Source: Octopus bimaculoides
Lineage: Eukaryota
NCBI RefSeq assembly: GCF_001194135.2
Contig: NC_068994.1
Location: forward strand, 37,429,195 to 37,462,313
Direction: 5' to 3'
DNA length: 33,119 nucleotides
The notes beneath the pieces are model-generated. The model was given only the letters and a program-made list of their open reading frames with translations. It did no database searches and was not told where the DNA came from. Of the stretch, positions 11,706 to 25,372 are shown in pieces. Within the stretch, counting starts at the first letter, position 1; each line of letters opens with the position of its first letter. The translations under genes and the position numbers were made by a program.

Positions 11706-11804
11706 GCTTCATGGAGGCATCTTTAACTGACTACTGTAACCACTTAGCTAAGCATATGTACATATAAATTTAGATATATATATATGTGTGTAGATATATT
11801 TGGA

Positions 11805-11849
<45 letters not shown>

Positions 11850-11907
11850 CTAAATTTTCAGTATGTTGGAGAAGCAACTCAATGCTAATCCCTGTATATT
11901 TATGATG

Positions 11908-11944
<37 letters not shown>

Positions 11945-12859
11945 GAAAATTTACGAAAAAAACAACAACAGACGAGGACAGGTGGTGTAAACAACAAAAG
12001 GACCCAGCCTTAAAACATGTACAGGGGTTGATTTGATTGACTAAACCCTTTAAGGTGATGTCCCAGCATGGCCATATCCCAGTGACCGAAACCATTAAAC
12101 AGTGAAAGAATACCATTTTGAAAAGGGAGACAGACATATTGAATAATTCAAGTTCTAGACAACCATTGGAAGCAACATTGATCATAGTCTTACTAAACCA
12201 AGACTGACCCAGGGCTAAAATAACAGCAGCAACACCAACAAAAATAACAGCCACAAATTTTGTTATTACGTGGCACACACATATAATCTGAATGTAAATT
12301 CTTCAAAAGCTGTGAATGTTATGCATCTGTAATATCAAGTGATAGGTTGTTTTGTGCACAGAGCTCTCGGCTATAAATTCCTAACACCTCCTATGTCTTG
12401 GACACTTACACCTCTCAAAGAATAACAGAAGCAGTAGATTTTGGTTGGCACTGACCAAGAAATTAAATTCAGATTTTCTTTGACCATTTCTCTTACTCTA
12501 ACACTTGCTTTCTCACTAATCCTCTCTCTCTCTCTCTCTGTCTCTCCCTATCTTCCCCTAAACATATACACACACACATACACATACTTACATACATACC
12601 TATTACCTATCTCCATACATATACACATAAATGTTTGTTTGTGTGTATGTCTGTCCACCAATGCAATGTTGAACACTCATTTTCATTGTTTGACATTTAC
12701 ATATATATAGCTATATTCTTTTACTCTTTTACATGTTTCAGCCCTAAGGCTGTGGCCATGCTGGGGCTATATATATATATATATATATAAACATGTATAT
12801 ATGCATATTAATATATACATATACATATACATGTACATGCTACCTACACATATATAGGT

Positions 12860-13182
<323 letters not shown>

Positions 13183-13254
13183 GATATGTATATATAGATA
13201 TGTAAATATACATACATCTATCTCTCTCTATATATATATATATTTGTTTCAAAA

Positions 13255-13465
13255 TTGGCACAAGGCCAGCAAATTTTGGGGGAGGGAGGAGGTGAGTTAA
13301 TTATATTGACCCCAGTGCTCTACTGATAGTTATTTTATCAACCCCAAAACGATGATGGGCAAAGTCAACCTTGGCAGAATGTAAAGTCAAAACATAAAAA
13401 CTTATAAAATGCTGCTAAGTACCTTGTCCAATGTACTAATAGTTCTATGAGCTTGCCACCTTTAC
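13255..13465 (-). mobile_element. SINE family B, second copy
   Basis: ttttatcaaccccaaaacgatgatgggcaaagtcaaccttggcagaat aligns to the preceding copy. Confidence 0.75.
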
Positions 13466-13585
13466 ATACACACACACATATATGTATGTGTGTATGCATG
13501 TATTTATGTATGAGTGAGTGTATATGTGCATGTATGTATGTACATGACAGACTTCTTTCACTGTTTCTCAATAAATTTCCCTCCA

Positions 13586-13978
13586 AATGCGTGGCTGTAT
13601 GGTAACAAGCTTCCTTCCTAGCCACATGGTTCTGGGTTCAGACCCACTGCATGGCAACTTGGACAAGTGCCTTCAACTATAGCCTTGGACTGGCCAAATC
13701 CTTGTGAGCGGATTTGGTAGATGGAAACTGAAAGAAGCCTGTTGTATATGTATATATATATATGTTGTTAAATGCTCAAAGTACGAGAGTAGGAAAACAT
13801 CCAACAACAGATGAAGGGTCGTTCTTTATGTTGTTTGTCTTGTTCTCCATTTGTGTCTTTCATTGTTTGAAAAAATAGTTCATATTTCATGTACTCACAA
13901 TTCGTATTTTTTGTTGTACATGTTCATGCATTCCTGTACATATATATATATATATGCATATATCTATCTATCTATCTA

Positions 13979-14049
<71 letters not shown>

Positions 14050-14277
14050 TATATTAAATATGTATATATCTATATATGTCTTTGTATCTGTGTTTGTCCC
14101 TACCACCATCGCTTGACAGCTGATGTTGGTATGTTTATGTCCCCGTAATTTCGTAGTTTGGCAAAACTGACCAATAGAATAAGTACTACGCTTACAAAGA
14201 ATAAGCCCTAGAGTTGATTTCTTCGGCTAAAAAACCCCTGAAATGAATGAAACAAATAAAGGAGTAAAAGAGTAAGT
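13586..14277 (+). mobile_element. Bipartite SINE family A with a ~165-bp insert in its central (TA)n
   Basis: 5' half 13586-13750, unrelated sequence 13765-13930, microsatellites, 3' half 14070-14277 ending ggagtaaaagagtaa. Confidence 0.8.
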
Positions 14278-14579
14278 CATTGTCTAGCTAAGCAGCAGGA
14301 CTGAACCTGGGACTATTTGGTTCAGTTGAATTATAAACTTTATGACTACACTGTCATAGCAATGTTCTTTCTTTTAATTTTTATCTCCCAAACTCCCCAA
14401 GATACTTAGAAAAGATTTCCCCAAGATGATCCAAGGCTGCAAAGCCATCTTTGCTCTGTAACATCTACATCTCTGTCTTTCTATTTTTCGGAATAAATAA
14501 ATATTTTCTTTAGAATTTTCATGATTTGCATATATTTGCATTTTTATTTTATTTTCTTGATCTTCATTCTTTACCTTTT

Positions 14580-14810
14580 ATCTTCTTCTTGTTCCAGTCA
14601 TTGGACAGCAGCCATGCTTGAGCACTGCCTTAAAGAGTTTAGTTGAATAAATCAACCCCAGAACATACATTTTTTAAAGTTTGCTACTTAGTCTTGTAGT
14701 CTCCTTTGCCAAACTACCAAGTTATGGGGATCTAAACAAACCAACACCTGTTGTCAAGAAATGGTGGAGGTACAAACCCAAACCAAATTACAACACACAC
14801 GCACACACAC
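14580..14810 (-). mobile_element. SINE family A, 3' half
   Basis: cagtcattggacagcagccatgc...aagttatgggga...gttgtcaag. Confidence 0.7.
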
Positions 14811-14939
14811 AAGAAAAAAAAATGACAAAGGAATAAACAATTATTTTTATAAACTTCGTTAACTGTTTCTGCTCTAAGATGTGATGGGCACTCCTAGTTG
14901 AGTGCCTGAGTAACATGTTATAGCTTCATTGAAGCCGCA

Positions 14940-15136
14940 AACACACACACACACACCACCACCACCACCGTCGCCGCCGTCACCATCATCATCATCATCA
15001 CGATCACCATCACCATCATGATCATCATTATCAGCAGCAGCAGCATTTAATGTCTGTTGTCGATGCTAGCATGAGTTGGACAGTTTGATTAGGTTGGCAC
15101 ATGGGAAGGCTGTACCAGGCTCCAATCTGATTTGGC

Positions 15137-15140
<4 letters not shown>
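14940..15140 (-). mobile_element. RTE-type 3' tail with compound trinucleotide expansion
   Basis: tttaatgtctgttgtcgatgctagcatgagttggacagtttg preceded by (CAC)(CGC)(CAT)(CAG) runs. Confidence 0.7.
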
Positions 15141-15178
<38 letters not shown>

Positions 15179-15226
15179 TTGATCCATGGCCTCTCAAGAA
15201 TGATGGCTGCCTACTATATATAATAT

Positions 15227-16191
15227 NNNNNNNNNNNNNNNNNNNNNNNNNNNNNNNNNNNNNNNNNNNNNNNNNNNNNNNNNNNNNNNNNNNNNNNNNN
15301 NNNNNNNNNNNNNNNNNNNNNNNNNNNNNNNNNNNNNNNNNNNNNNNNNNNNNNNNNNNNNNNNNNNNNNNNNNNNNNNNNNNNNNNNNNNNNNNNNNNN
15401 NNNNNNNNNNNNNNNNNNNNNNNNNNNNNNNNNNNNNNNNNNNNNNNNNNNNNNNNNNNNNNNNNNNNNNNNNNNNNNNNNNNNNNNNNNNNNNNNNNNN
15501 NNNNNNNNNNNNNNNNNNNNNNNNNNNNNNNNNNNNNNNNNNNNNNNNNNNNNNNNNNNNNNNNNNNNNNNNNNNNNNNNNNNNNNNNNNNNNNNNNNNN
15601 NNNNNNNNNNNNNNNNNNNNNNNNNNNNNNNNNNNNNNNNNNNNNNNNNNNNNNNNNNNNNNNNNNNNNNNNNNNNNNNNNNNNNNNNNNNNNNNNNNNN
15701 NNNNNNNNNNNNNNNNNNNNNNNNNNNNNNNNNNNNNNNNNNNNNNNNNNNNNNNNNNNNNNNNNNNNNNNNNNNNNNNNNNNNNNNNNNNNNNNNNNNN
15801 NNNNNNNNNNNNNNNNNNNNNNNNNNNNNNNNNNNNNNNNNNNNNNNNNNNNNNNNNNNNNNNNNNNNNNNNNNNNNNNNNNNNNNNNNNNNNNNNNNNN
15901 NNNNNNNNNNNNNNNNNNNNNNNNNNNNNNNNNNNNNNNNNNNNNNNNNNNNNNNNNNNNNNNNNNNNNNNNNNNNNNNNNNNNNNNNNNNNNNNNNNNN
16001 NNNNNNNNNNNNNNNNNNNNNNNNNNNNNNNNNNNNNNNNNNNNNNNNNNNNNNNNNNNNNNNNNNNNNNNNNNNNNNNNNNNNNNNNNNNNNNNNNNNN
16101 NNNNNNNNNNNNNNNNNNNNNNNNNNNNNNNNNNNNNNNNNNNNNNNNNNNNNNNNNNNNNNNNNNNNNNNNNNNNNNNNNNNNNNNNNNN
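15227..16191. other. Assembly gap (N)
   Basis: N run flanked by TA repeats. Confidence 1.
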
Positions 16192-16239
16192 TATATAGTA
16201 AATTAAGCAATGGTAAGAGTCTCTTTCATAGTGGCAACT

Positions 16240-16660
16240 GTGACAGTGGTGGTGGTGGAGGAGGAGGCAGTAGTGGTGGTGGTGGTGGTGGTGGTGGTGG
16301 TAATGACAGTGCTGGTGTTAGTGATAATAGTTGCAGTGGTGATGATGGTGGAGGTGGGGGATGTAGCTGGGCTGGTGATGGTGTTGGCAGTTGAAGTGTT
16401 GGTTGAGGTTGTGGCAGCAACTGTAGTAGTGGTGGCAGTGGCAGTGGCAGTGACAGGTGATGCTGGTGGTGATGTTGGTGGAAGTGGCTAGGGTGGTGAT
16501 TTTGGTGTTGGTGTTGGCAGCAATTGTAGTGGTGGTGATGGTGGTGGTTGTGTTGGTGGTGGTGTTTGTGCTGGTAGTGGTGGTGGTAGTGGTGGTGGTT
16601 ATTGTTGCTACTGCTACTACTGTTGGTGTTGCTGCTGCTGCTACTACTACTGCTGATATT
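16240..16660. repeat. Imperfect (GTG/GTA/GCA/GTT)n trinucleotide array
   Basis: Directly visible; gives the poly-V and poly-H/P/Q pseudo-ORFs. Confidence 0.95.
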
Positions 16661-16860
16661 GTTTAATCTTTGGTCAGCCTTGATGGAACACACCTGTGAT
16701 CAAAGGCATTCTGTCCATGGCTATCCTATCCTATATTTTCCTTCTCCTTCCTAACATAGTACACCCGAGTCTACATATGTGCTTCCTTTTCCAAAACTAA
16801 GATGTAATTTGAGGGAGATTTGGTTGTTATTTCTTGCTAAGTGAGTGACTACATAAGAGT
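16660..16860 (-). mobile_element. ~200-bp (AAC)n-tailed dispersed element, most complete copy
   Basis: Minus: agaaataacaaccaaatctccctcaaat...gaatgcctttgatcacagg...gctgacc...aaacaa, then the trinucleotide array. Confidence 0.6.
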
Positions 16861-17024
16861 TCATTGACTCTTCTCTTGTTACTGTTATTGGTGTCATTAT
16901 TGTAGATATTGTTATCAATGGTTGCGATGTCCTTGCTTTCATGGCTTAACCTTAGATCACCTATGATTAAGCAGGTAACCCATAATGAAAGATATTCCAG
17001 TTATGGCAATCCCATTTGTTTTCT

Positions 17025-17190
17025 TGTTCAGGCATGGCTGTGTGTATATGAAATTTCCTTTGCAAACATGTGGTTTTGGGTTCAGTCCCAATGTACGGGT
17101 AAGTGTCTGCAAATATAGCCCCAGGCTGATTAATGCCTTGTGAATGAATTTTTTGATAGATAGAAACTATCTCAAAGCTTGTTTTGTGTG
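17025..17190 (+). mobile_element. SINE family A, 5' half
   Basis: ggcatggctgtgtg...gggttcagtccc...gtaagtgtc...gccttgtgaatgaattt. Confidence 0.75.
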
Positions 17191-18229
17191 TATGTGTGTA
17201 TACATAAACATAGGTGCAGGTGTGACTGTGTGGACAAGTGTTTTCTATCTAGTCTAGAAAATGATCTTTTATTTTCTAGATTTTTAGTAATGAATATCTC
17301 TTTTCTTTTATAGTAATAATAATATCTACTACTTACTTTTTATTTATATTACAAGAATTCCCTTCCGTTTATTAAAAAATCCTCTCATTAATTTATATCA
17401 ATTTTATAATTATTGTTTTCCATAATCTTCGTGAATTTTGACTTTGTGTTCCAATAATATTAAGTTGAGAATCTACTTTTTAACAAAGACTTTCTTTCAT
17501 CTGAAGATGTAGCCTAAATTCTGTATTATTTTGAAGGATTTTTACATTTTGCATTAATGCGGGCATGTGAATTTGTCTGTATTAACTACATCCCAAACAC
17601 GGAGCCTTGTATCTTTGTTGGAAACCAACTCCCTCCTCAGTGAAGGATTTATAATAATTAAAAAATAGAAGAGGCATATACATACACTTATACATACACA
17701 CACATACATACACACACACATACATACATACATACACACATACATACATATATATACAAGCATATATATGTATATAGATTAGTTGTAGGATTCAGAAGAA
17801 TCTAGGTGTACCAATGTGTAGGATGTCAGAAATAGCTACAACATAAGGTGCACAACAAGGTAAAACAATGAAATGATCAAGTGTCTGTAGGATACTATAT
17901 GTATGTAAGTACAAATATCATTTTTCTTTAAACACAACCCATCTACGATTACACTATCCAATATCCTTTTCTTTAAAGCTTTCATGTATGATTTGTAGGG
18001 AGATTTTACTACTATTTCTATCATATTGAGTACCCATATAGTGCTTCTTTCATTGGCAGGCAAGACAGACATGATGATGATTCAGCTGTGAACTTAGCAA
18101 ATAAATTAATGATTAATGACTAGCTTATTAGGAAAAGGTTCATCTTTCAATATTGAACCCTTCAACACACAACGACAGCTACATCTTCGATTTTCCATAG
18201 CACATCCAGTTTTGCAATCTGAGCATTGC

Positions 18230-18780
18230 ACTGCCCTGTTGTTGTAGATAGTATTACTATTGCCATACTTGTGGTTGCTGTTGTTATTGTTGTTGTTGTT
18301 GTTGTGTGTGTGTGTGTGTGTGCTACGTGTGTATGGATGTGTGTGTGCGTTTACATATTAATGTGTGTTTGTATGCATGTATGTGTGTTGGCGTTCAACA
18401 GTGTGAATGCGTGCATGGATGTTGTTGTTGTTGTTATTGTTTTTGTTGCTGTTGAAGTTTTAGTTACTTTGTTGTTGTTATTACGGTCATCTTTGTTGTG
18501 GTTGCTCTAGCCATTGCTGTTGTTGTCATCGTCATCACTGTTGGGCGTTGTTCTTGTCACTGTTGTCGTCATCATTCATCATCGTTGTTGTTGTCATCGT
18601 CATTGTCGTTATCGTTGTTGTAGTTGTTGATGCTTTCATTATGTTGTTGTTGTTGCTGTTACCATCGTTGTTTTAACGGTTGCACTTGTCATCACCGTTG
18701 CTGTTGTCATCGTCATTGATGCCGTCGTTCTTGTGGTTGCACTTGTCGTCGTTGTTGTTGTCACTGTTGTTGTTGCCATT
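18230..18780. repeat. (GTT/GTC/CAT)n and (GT)n low-complexity block
   Basis: Directly visible. Confidence 0.9.
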
Positions 18781-18989
18781 CTACATGATTATGATATTTA
18801 ATTCTTACTCCAATAGTTGTTGCAATAGGAAGTGCTAGGTTTAATATCAGTGCAAAAATACCGAATTTCTGTTCTTCATTTCTGACATGGTAAAGTTTAA
18901 TGAAAACATAACATTAGAGTAATCAGAAGAACAAAACCAAAAGAAATTCCATTCTAATTATTGGAAAGAGGGAAATAGTGGTGGAGATG

Positions 18990-19500
18990 ATGGTGGTGGT
19001 GTGTGTGTGTGAGTGTATGAGTATGTGTGTGGGTGGGTGTCTATGTGTGTGTATGTGTGTGCAAAAGAGAGATAGAGTGTGTGTATGTGTGTATTTGTGT
19101 GCATGCATGTGTGTGTGTGTATGCATGAGCATGTGGGTGTTTATGTGCATGTATGTGAATGTCTGTATGTGAGTGTGCATGAGTCTGTGTGTTTGAGAGC
19201 ATGTGCATGCATGTGAGTGCACTTGTGTGCATGTTTGTGCTAGTGGATGTGCATGAAAGTGTGTGTGTGTGTGAGTGCATGTGTTTGAGTTTGCATATGA
19301 ATGTATGTTTGTCTGAGTGCACACGTGCACGTGTGTGTGTGTGTGCATGAATGTGAGTATGGATGTATGTGTTTGAATAAATGAAAGAATAAATATGTAT
19401 ATGTGTGTATGAGTGTATGTGTTTGAGTCTGCATATAAATGCATGTTTCTATGAGTGCATGTGTGCATGTGCATTTGTGTGTGCATGTGTGCACGCGCAT
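18990..19500. repeat. Degenerate (GT)n/(GCAT)n array
   Basis: Directly visible; explains the His/Thr-rich ORFs. Confidence 0.9.
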
Positions 19501-19818
19501 GTAATTCTAAGCCACCAGAAGCTGCTTCATTAACAGAGAGCCTGATCAGCTGTTTCAAATGCTTCTTGGCATCTTGTGTGGATTAATCATGCAGCAATGA
19601 AAGAGAGCAAAGAGCTTGTAAGATGACAGCAGTTGCAAAGTATGGGGTGAATAAGAGAATAAACCTTTGACATTGAATCCATGAGGATTTTCTCACTTTC
19701 TAGCATGACCTCAATCAAAATAAAGCCATTATGAGATCGCATGCGATAAGTGTTAGTTCTCAAACTGAAGCTAATTAATGAGGTAGTATTTGAAATTATA
19801 TCATTTTTTTTTTTTTTT

Positions 19819-20349
19819 NNNNNNNNNNNNNNNNNNNNNNNNNNNNNNNNNNNNNNNNNNNNNNNNNNNNNNNNNNNNNNNNNNNNNNNNNNNNNNNNNN
19901 NNNNNNNNNNNNNNNNNNNNNNNNNNNNNNNNNNNNNNNNNNNNNNNNNNNNNNNNNNNNNNNNNNNNNNNNNNNNNNNNNNNNNNNNNNNNNNNNNNNN
20001 NNNNNNNNNNNNNNNNNNNNNNNNNNNNNNNNNNNNNNNNNNNNNNNNNNNNNNNNNNNNNNNNNNNNNNNNNNNNNNNNNNNNNNNNNNNNNNNNNNNN
20101 NNNNNNNNNNNNNNNNNNNNNNNNNNNNNNNNNNNNNNNNNNNNNNNNNNNNNNNNNNNNNNNNNNNNNNNNNNNNNNNNNNNNNNNNNNNNNNNNNNNN
20201 NNNNNNNNNNNNNNNNNNNNNNNNNNNNNNNNNNNNNNNNNNNNNNNNNNNNNNNNNNNNNNNNNNNNNNNNNNNNNNNNNNNNNNNNNNNNNNNNNNNN
20301 NNNNNNNNNNNNNNNNNNNNNNNNNNNNNNNNNNNNNNNNNNNNNNNNN
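19819..20349. other. Assembly gap (N)
   Basis: N run between poly-T and (CA)n. Confidence 1.
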
Positions 20350-20526
20350 CACACACACACACGCGTATACAGATATGTATTTGATCATAAGCACACTGAC
20401 ATTGTCACTGGTGCCTCATATTTACATTGAAGATCATTCATACAGTATGTGTGAAACCATACATCTTCTGACACCACTTTGCACGCATACTCGTCTTTAT
20501 TCATATTCATATCATTATTCAGAAGT

Positions 20527-20569
<43 letters not shown>

Positions 20570-21118
20570 CATGCATACAGGCATCACATCGAACAACCAC
20601 CATCATTTCACACACTCATGTATACATTTAAAATCGCTCACAGAATACATGTGAAAGTCACACATTGTCAGACACTACTGTATACATATACACAATGTTC
20701 TTCATTATATATTCATGCAAATAGTCAGAAGCATACGTATCCACACAAGCATACAGACACACACGTACATAGAGACATACATATACACACATACATATAT
20801 ACATAGTCATATATACACACACACATATCTCATCACAGTGTGTAACATCACAGACACATGTATACATTTAAAATCACACTTGGACTGTGTAAAAGATATA
20901 CTTTTATAGATAACCTTGTGCATACATATACATACATATACATACCCATTTCTTAGAGATCTCCACAAATAAGCACAGAAAACGGTCATATGTAAATGAG
21001 CTAACACACTCACATCCAATTTGCATATTCATAAAAGTATGCACACAAGAAAGCACATTATTTTTATACATATAGAGACTTAAAGATAGAAACTCATTCA
21101 AGCAGCATCACACACATA

Positions 21119-21155
<37 letters not shown>

Positions 21156-21469
21156 ATGTGTGTGTGCGTGTGTGCGTGCGTGTGTGTGTATATGTGTGTA
21201 TTTAAAACATGTACATACACATAAACACATCATGCACACACACACACACACAAGCAAACTCCAATATGGGCACATACACAAGAAACATTATGTTTGTATA
21301 CATAGAGGCTTAATGACAGAAGCTCATTTAAGCAGTATTACACACAAACACAGACAGATTTATATACATACATATACACACACATATATGTACTTATATA
21401 TATATATATCTGTATATGTGCTTATATATATATATCTGTATATGTATGTATATATATCCGTATATGTAT

Positions 21470-21866
21470 ACTCTTTTACTCTTTTACTTGTTTCAGTCAT
21501 TTGACTGCGGCCATGCTGGAGCACCACCTTTAGTCGAGTAAATCGACCCCAGGACTTATTCTTTTGTAAGCCTAGTACTTATTCTATCGGTTTCTTTTGC
21601 CGAACCGCTAAGTTACGGGGACGTAAACACACCAGCATCGGTTGTCAAGCGATGTTGCGGGGACAAACACAGACACACACACACACATATATATACATAT
21701 ATACGACGGGCTTCTTTCAGTTTCCGTCTACCAAATCCACTCACAAGGCTTTGGTCGGCCCGAGGCTATAGTAGAAGACACTTGCCCAAGGTGCCACGCA
21801 GTGGGACTGAACCCGGAACCATGTGGTTGGTAAGCAAGCTACTTACCACACAGCCACTCCTGCGCC
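21470..21866 (-). mobile_element. Young, intact bipartite SINE family A (best copy)
   Basis: Head ggcgcaggagtggctgtgtggt (A box), gggttcagtccc (B box), accttgggcaagtg CORE-like motif, central (TA)/(TG), 3' half ending (aaaagagt)n; CpGs retained. Confidence 0.92.
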
Positions 21867-21877
21867 TATGTATGTAT

Positions 21878-22295
21878 NNNNNNNNNNNNNNNNNNNNNNN
21901 NNNNNNNNNNNNNNNNNNNNNNNNNNNNNNNNNNNNNNNNNNNNNNNNNNNNNNNNNNNNNNNNNNNNNNNNNNNNNNNNNNNNNNNNNNNNNNNNNNNN
22001 NNNNNNNNNNNNNNNNNNNNNNNNNNNNNNNNNNNNNNNNNNNNNNNNNNNNNNNNNNNNNNNNNNNNNNNNNNNNNNNNNNNNNNNNNNNNNNNNNNNN
22101 NNNNNNNNNNNNNNNNNNNNNNNNNNNNNNNNNNNNNNNNNNNNNNNNNNNNNNNNNNNNNNNNNNNNNNNNNNNNNNNNNNNNNNNNNNNNNNNNNNNN
22201 NNNNNNNNNNNNNNNNNNNNNNNNNNNNNNNNNNNNNNNNNNNNNNNNNNNNNNNNNNNNNNNNNNNNNNNNNNNNNNNNNNNNNNNNNNNNNNN
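21878..22295. other. Assembly gap (N)
   Basis: N run. Confidence 1.
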
Positions 22296-22296
22296 N

Positions 22297-22334
<38 letters not shown>

Positions 22335-22341
22335 CATACAC

Positions 22342-22374
<33 letters not shown>

Positions 22375-22859
22375 CATACATACAAACACATACAGACATT
22401 TATAGAAGTACACACACTGGGAAACACATTACTTCTACACACATAGCCACTTAAAGACACAAACTCAATCAAGCACTATTACATTCACACACGTATATGT
22501 ATACACATACACAACATTACATCTATATAAACACACAGACACACATGCACACACACACACACACACATACACACGTACACACAGAACACATTCAGACACC
22601 CACACATATTCTCCAATGAAAAGTTATTCATCTTATCAGGATTTTTAATCTTTAGATCTTGTTCTAGAAATGTTCTCCAATTTTCAGAGTCACAGTTAAC
22701 TCAATTAAGCAAACAAAATTCATTCTTGTTAATTAGAGTCTTCAAGAATTATTTTTAACTTTGATATTTTAGTTAACATTTTCCTCAAACTATCATTCAA
22801 ATTTTAGTAATAATTGGTGCCTTTGCTGAATATATTAACTCAACTTTCGCCAATAACAT

Positions 22860-23128
22860 ACATGTTTGTATATATGTATGTATGTGTGTATGTATGTATG
22901 TATGTATGTATGTATGTACGTATGTATGTATCTATGAATGTATGTTTGTATGTATGTATTTATGTATGTATGTATGTATGCATGCATGTGTGTATGTATG
23001 CATGTATGTATGTATGTATGCATGCTTGCTTGCATGCATGCATGTATTTATGTATGCATGTGTGTATATATTTATGTATGTATGTGCATACAATACAGAC
23101 AGACACACACACATATATAATATATGTA

Positions 23129-23160
<32 letters not shown>

Positions 23161-23290
23161 CACACGCACATATATACATGCATATAAACATACATGCAGA
23201 CAGACTTACATACACATGGATAGAAAAGGAGAGAGAGACTAAGAAAGATGGAGTGAGAGAGAGGAAAGGAGAGAGAAAGAGAGAGAACAT
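22860..23290. repeat. (TATG)n/(TA)n/(GA)n compound microsatellite
   Basis: Directly visible. Confidence 0.9.
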
Positions 23291-23539
23291 GAGAGCTGAC
23301 TGTTTTGAGATCAAATCCTGCCAGTACTTTGGCTTGTTATTCTTATAGATTAAAAATAATAAAATAAATTGTAAAAGTGAATGACATTTTTATGAAAGTG
23401 ATGATGTTGATGTTGTTGTTGTTGTTGTCGTTTAGCCCTTGGTCTGATCTGATTAAGCAGGCCTGTGATCAAAAACGTTATAGTCATGTAGTTATATAAC
23501 TGAAAGATGAAAAGTTTTCTTCCAACTTTGAAGTGCAGA

Positions 23540-23750
23540 TAATGATGATCTTCATCATCACCATCATTATACTATCACACCATCACTACCACCATCATCA
23601 CACTCATCCTCATCTTCATTTCTAAACCCGCCACCATCACCACCACCGCCGCCGCCGCAGCCACCGCCACCACCACCACCACCACTGCCACCACCACTGC
23701 CACCATTACCACCTCCACTACCCTCGTTACCAACCCCTGCCACCACCATC
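23540..23750. repeat. (CAT)/(CAC)/(CCG) trinucleotide array
   Basis: Directly visible; source of the poly-Gly ORF. Confidence 0.9.
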
Positions 23751-24124
23751 CTTCGTTTTCTGTCCAGTTTCTCTTGGCTGGTATGAATTGGACAAGACGT
23801 CTTGAGATGGTTTTCAATGGCCAGTTGGCCTTCTTGATGCTAGCACACATTCTTTTTTAATTAAGGTAATTTATTTCACATCTTCGCACATTGAACCACT
23901 GTCGAAGTGGTGTCAATGTGAATACATGCAAAAGACAAATACATGCACATGCAGACATACATGCACAAACACACATACATACACATGCACAGACATATAT
24001 GCTGGTATGTGTCAGGAAGAATTCAGCTTAGTTGGCTTATATTAATGCAAAAGAACTATTGAACCACGCTCAATATCTGGCTTGGTAAATTGAATAGAAA
24101 ACGAAATGAGGCTTTATAACAAAA

Positions 24125-24214
24125 GGTATACATACACATATACATACATACATACATACATATATATATATATGTATGTATGTATATATATGTATGTATG
24201 TATATATATGTATG

Positions 24215-24276
<62 letters not shown>

Positions 24277-24645
24277 CACACATATACAGATAGATAGATA
24301 CATAGATAAACAGACAGACAGACAGATAAATAGATAGATAGATAGATAGATGGATAGATTCACATATACATGCACATATGCACATACACATAGAGACACA
24401 TACATACACATTTACACATACACACTCACGTATATATATATGTATATATACAGATATTCATATATATGTGTATTCATATATATTTATATATATTCGTGTA
24501 TATATATTTATATATATATGTATATATTCATATGTATACATATATACATATATATACACTCACATATGTAAATATATGTGTGAGTGAATGTGTGTGTTTG
24601 TGTGTGTGTGCGTGCGTGCATATGTGTGAGTGTGTGTGCATGTAT
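24125..24645. repeat. (TACA)/(TA)/(GATA)/(GT) compound microsatellite
   Basis: Directly visible. Confidence 0.9.
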
Positions 24646-25029
24646 CTAATATGAGGGCATGATTTTGGAGGCACAGTGGCTTATTGTTAATGGGATGTAA
24701 AGTAATACTCGCTAAGCCTGATAAAAAAAAAAAAGATGGGAATATCATGACTTAAGAGCTGTCTAAAGGATTAAGGTAGTAGGTAGATTTATAAATTAAT
24801 TCTAGTGTTCTATAGATATACCAGCAAATCGTAAGGGATGATGTGGAATAGATTGCTGCACTGATAAAACACTCTAATGAGACAGATGTAATCCTTCTAG
24901 CTGTCTCAATCATGGTTGTTCACTATCAAGACTGCTTCATTTAGCTAAAATTTAGGCTTGGTAGGTTGCGTATATTATATAGCTATTTTATATATGTTTA
25001 TATATATGTTTATTTCATATATGTGTGAA

Positions 25030-25372
25030 TATCGCCCTTGTTATCATCATGACAATGATGATAACCACCACCAAAAACAATACCATCACCACTGTCATCA
25101 TTATCATATAGTCGTCGTCATCATCATATAGTTGTCGCCGTCGGCATTGTCACCATCATCACCAACAGGAACATTGTCATTGTCATTGGCAATGATGACA
25201 TCATTATCATCATCATTATCATCATCATCGTCATCACCATCTTCTTATTCCTCCTCCTCCTCCTTATAACCATCGTCATCATTGTTGTCATGATTTTCAT
25301 TCTTGTTATTGTCATTACTGTCATCATTGTCTTCGTTATTATCATCATTGTCAACATTGTCATCACCATCAT
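25030..25372. repeat. Degenerate (CAT/TCA)n array
   Basis: Directly visible. Confidence 0.9.

Noticed and set aside
16226-16693. 155-aa His/Gln/Pro-rich ORF
   Set aside because: Entirely an imperfect trinucleotide array attached to a retroelement tail; no splice or domain support
17554-17660. DTRLRVWDV as a WD40 fragment; ctgaaga at ~17504 as a hammerhead core
   Set aside because: No splice support for the peptide, and no correctly spaced GAAA or stems for a ribozyme
19500-19572. DAKKHLKQLIRLSVNEAASG as a minus-strand exon
   Set aside because: Weak AAG acceptor and no good donor
23768-23865. Plus-strand segment with good acceptor and donor
   Set aside because: Stops in all three frames and opposite to the supported exon
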